From an uncultured Candidatus Moduliflexus sp. (GTDB taxonomy: Bacteria; Moduliflexota; Moduliflexia; Moduliflexales; Moduliflexaceae), in contig CAZMEO010000007.1 of assembly GCA_964565315.1 (NCBI GenBank), positions 1-33,248 on the forward strand: DNA of 33,248 nucleotides, written 5' to 3'. The notes under the pieces are model-generated. The model was not told the DNA's origin and did no database searches. It saw only the letters and a program-made list of their open reading frames with translations. The position numbers and the translations under genes were made by a program. Every line of letters begins with the position of its first letter. Within the stretch, counting starts at the first letter, position 1. Positions 32,674 to 33,248 of the stretch are shown in pieces.

Positions 32674-33248
32674 TCAAGAGAAAAACGCCTCGCCATGATT
32701 GAGATAACGGTCGATTCGGCGCAGCCCTTCCTGGATGTTTTCAAGCGAGTTGGCATAGGAAAATCGGATGTAGCCTTCGCCGTTGCTGCCGAAATCAATG
32801 CCGGGCGTGACCGCGACGCCCGCGTGTTCGAGAATGTCGAACGCAAGTTTATAGCTGTCTGCGCCGAATTTCTTCGCGTTGGCAAACACGTAAAACGCGC
32901 CGGTCGGTTCGACGGTGACGCCGAAACCGATCTCGCGCAATTTCGGAATCAGGAATTTCCGGCGTTCGTTGTATGTCGCCCGCATCCGTTCGGCGTCGGC
33001 GTTTGCCACTCTGAGCGCCGCGATGCCGCCCCATTGTACGAAACTGTTGGCGCAGATAAACAGATTTTGCTGAAGCTTTTGCAGCGGCCTGACAAATTCT
33101 TTCGGCGCGATCATGTAGCCGAGCCGCCAGCCGGTCATGGCGTAGAGCTTGGAAAAGCCGTTCAGCACGAAGGCGCGGTCAGTGAATTCTAAAATCGAAT
33201 GCGCCCGGCCTTCATACACGAGGCCATGATAAATCTCATCCGAGATGA
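32674..33248 (-). CDS. Class I/II PLP-dependent aminotransferase (5'-partial; continues beyond the right edge)
   Basis: The frame stays open to nt 33248 (..ISDEIYHGLVYEG..). The PLP-lysine motif is NGFSKLYAMTGWRLGY. The C-terminus IRFSYANSLENIQEGL is typical of the family. Confidence 0.85.
   Translation of the reverse strand, partial: ISDEIYHGLVYEGRAHSILEFTDRAFVLNGFSKLYAMTGWRLGYMIAPKEFVRPLQKLQQNLFICANSFVQWGGIAALRVANADAERMRATYNERRKFLIPKLREIGFGVTVEPTGAFYVFANAKKFGADSYKLAFDILEHAGVAVTPGIDFGSNGEGYIRFSYANSLENIQEGLRRIDRYLNHGEAFFS

Noticed and set aside
1-33248. Window-wide scan by eye for CRISPR arrays, rRNA/tRNA genes, IS elements, integrases and prophage genes
   Set aside because: I found none. 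The only repeats are those listed above (hairpins, the 9-mer array, the MTase relic and the PP2C paralogs). An Infernal/tRNAscan/ISfinder run would be needed for certainty.

Overview
This is a 33.2-kb, gene-dense bacterial chromosomal window. I recognised no rRNA, tRNA, CRISPR array, transposase or integrase. The organism cannot be placed from the sequence alone. A PEP-CTERM protein and very heavy PAS/REC/PP2C signalling content suggest an environmental, Gram-negative-type bacterium.

Layout:
(i) 1-9801 (+): a giant multi-PAS hybrid histidine kinase, a REC-histidine kinase and an MCP-type transducer. The hybrid kinase is 5'-partial and split into 1-4248 and 4107-5237 by an apparent 1-nt frameshift near 4095.
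(ii) 10309-10986 (+): a PEP-CTERM protein, convergent with a small metallophosphoesterase across a bidirectional terminator.
(iii) Minus-strand cold-shock pair: a CspA-family protein and a DEAD-box helicase.
(iv) Minus-strand operon: glycerate 2-kinase, glycogen synthase, metallophosphoesterase.
(v) Two plus-strand two-gene modules that both end in a near-identical PP2C/SpoIIE phosphatase output. One is an orphan solute-binding protein plus a TM/HAMP/PAS-PP2C sensor. The other is an Fe-alcohol dehydrogenase plus a PAS-PAS-PP2C protein.
(vi) Minus strand: a Hanks-type Ser/Thr kinase with an internally duplicated, membrane-embedded C-terminal region, then a GT4 glycosyltransferase, then a tightly packed R-M-M-R block. 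Reading left to right on the plus-strand map, the block is a BglII-family nuclease, an SPPY beta-class MTase, a Dam-type MTase and a NotI-family nuclease. Upstream of the block lies an internally deleted relic of a second beta-class MTase.
(vii) The 3' part of a class I/II aminotransferase runs off the right edge.

Items I consider most worth follow-up:
- the MTase relic and direct repeats bracketing the R-M block;
- the R-M-M-R operon that runs straight into a glycosyltransferase;
- the kinase's uncharacterised duplicated C-terminal module;
- the paralogous 'different input, same PP2C output' modules, together with a second copy of a divergent-promoter region;
- several long hairpins and repeat arrays in intergenic DNA.

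All domain calls come from motif recognition by eye. No searches were run.
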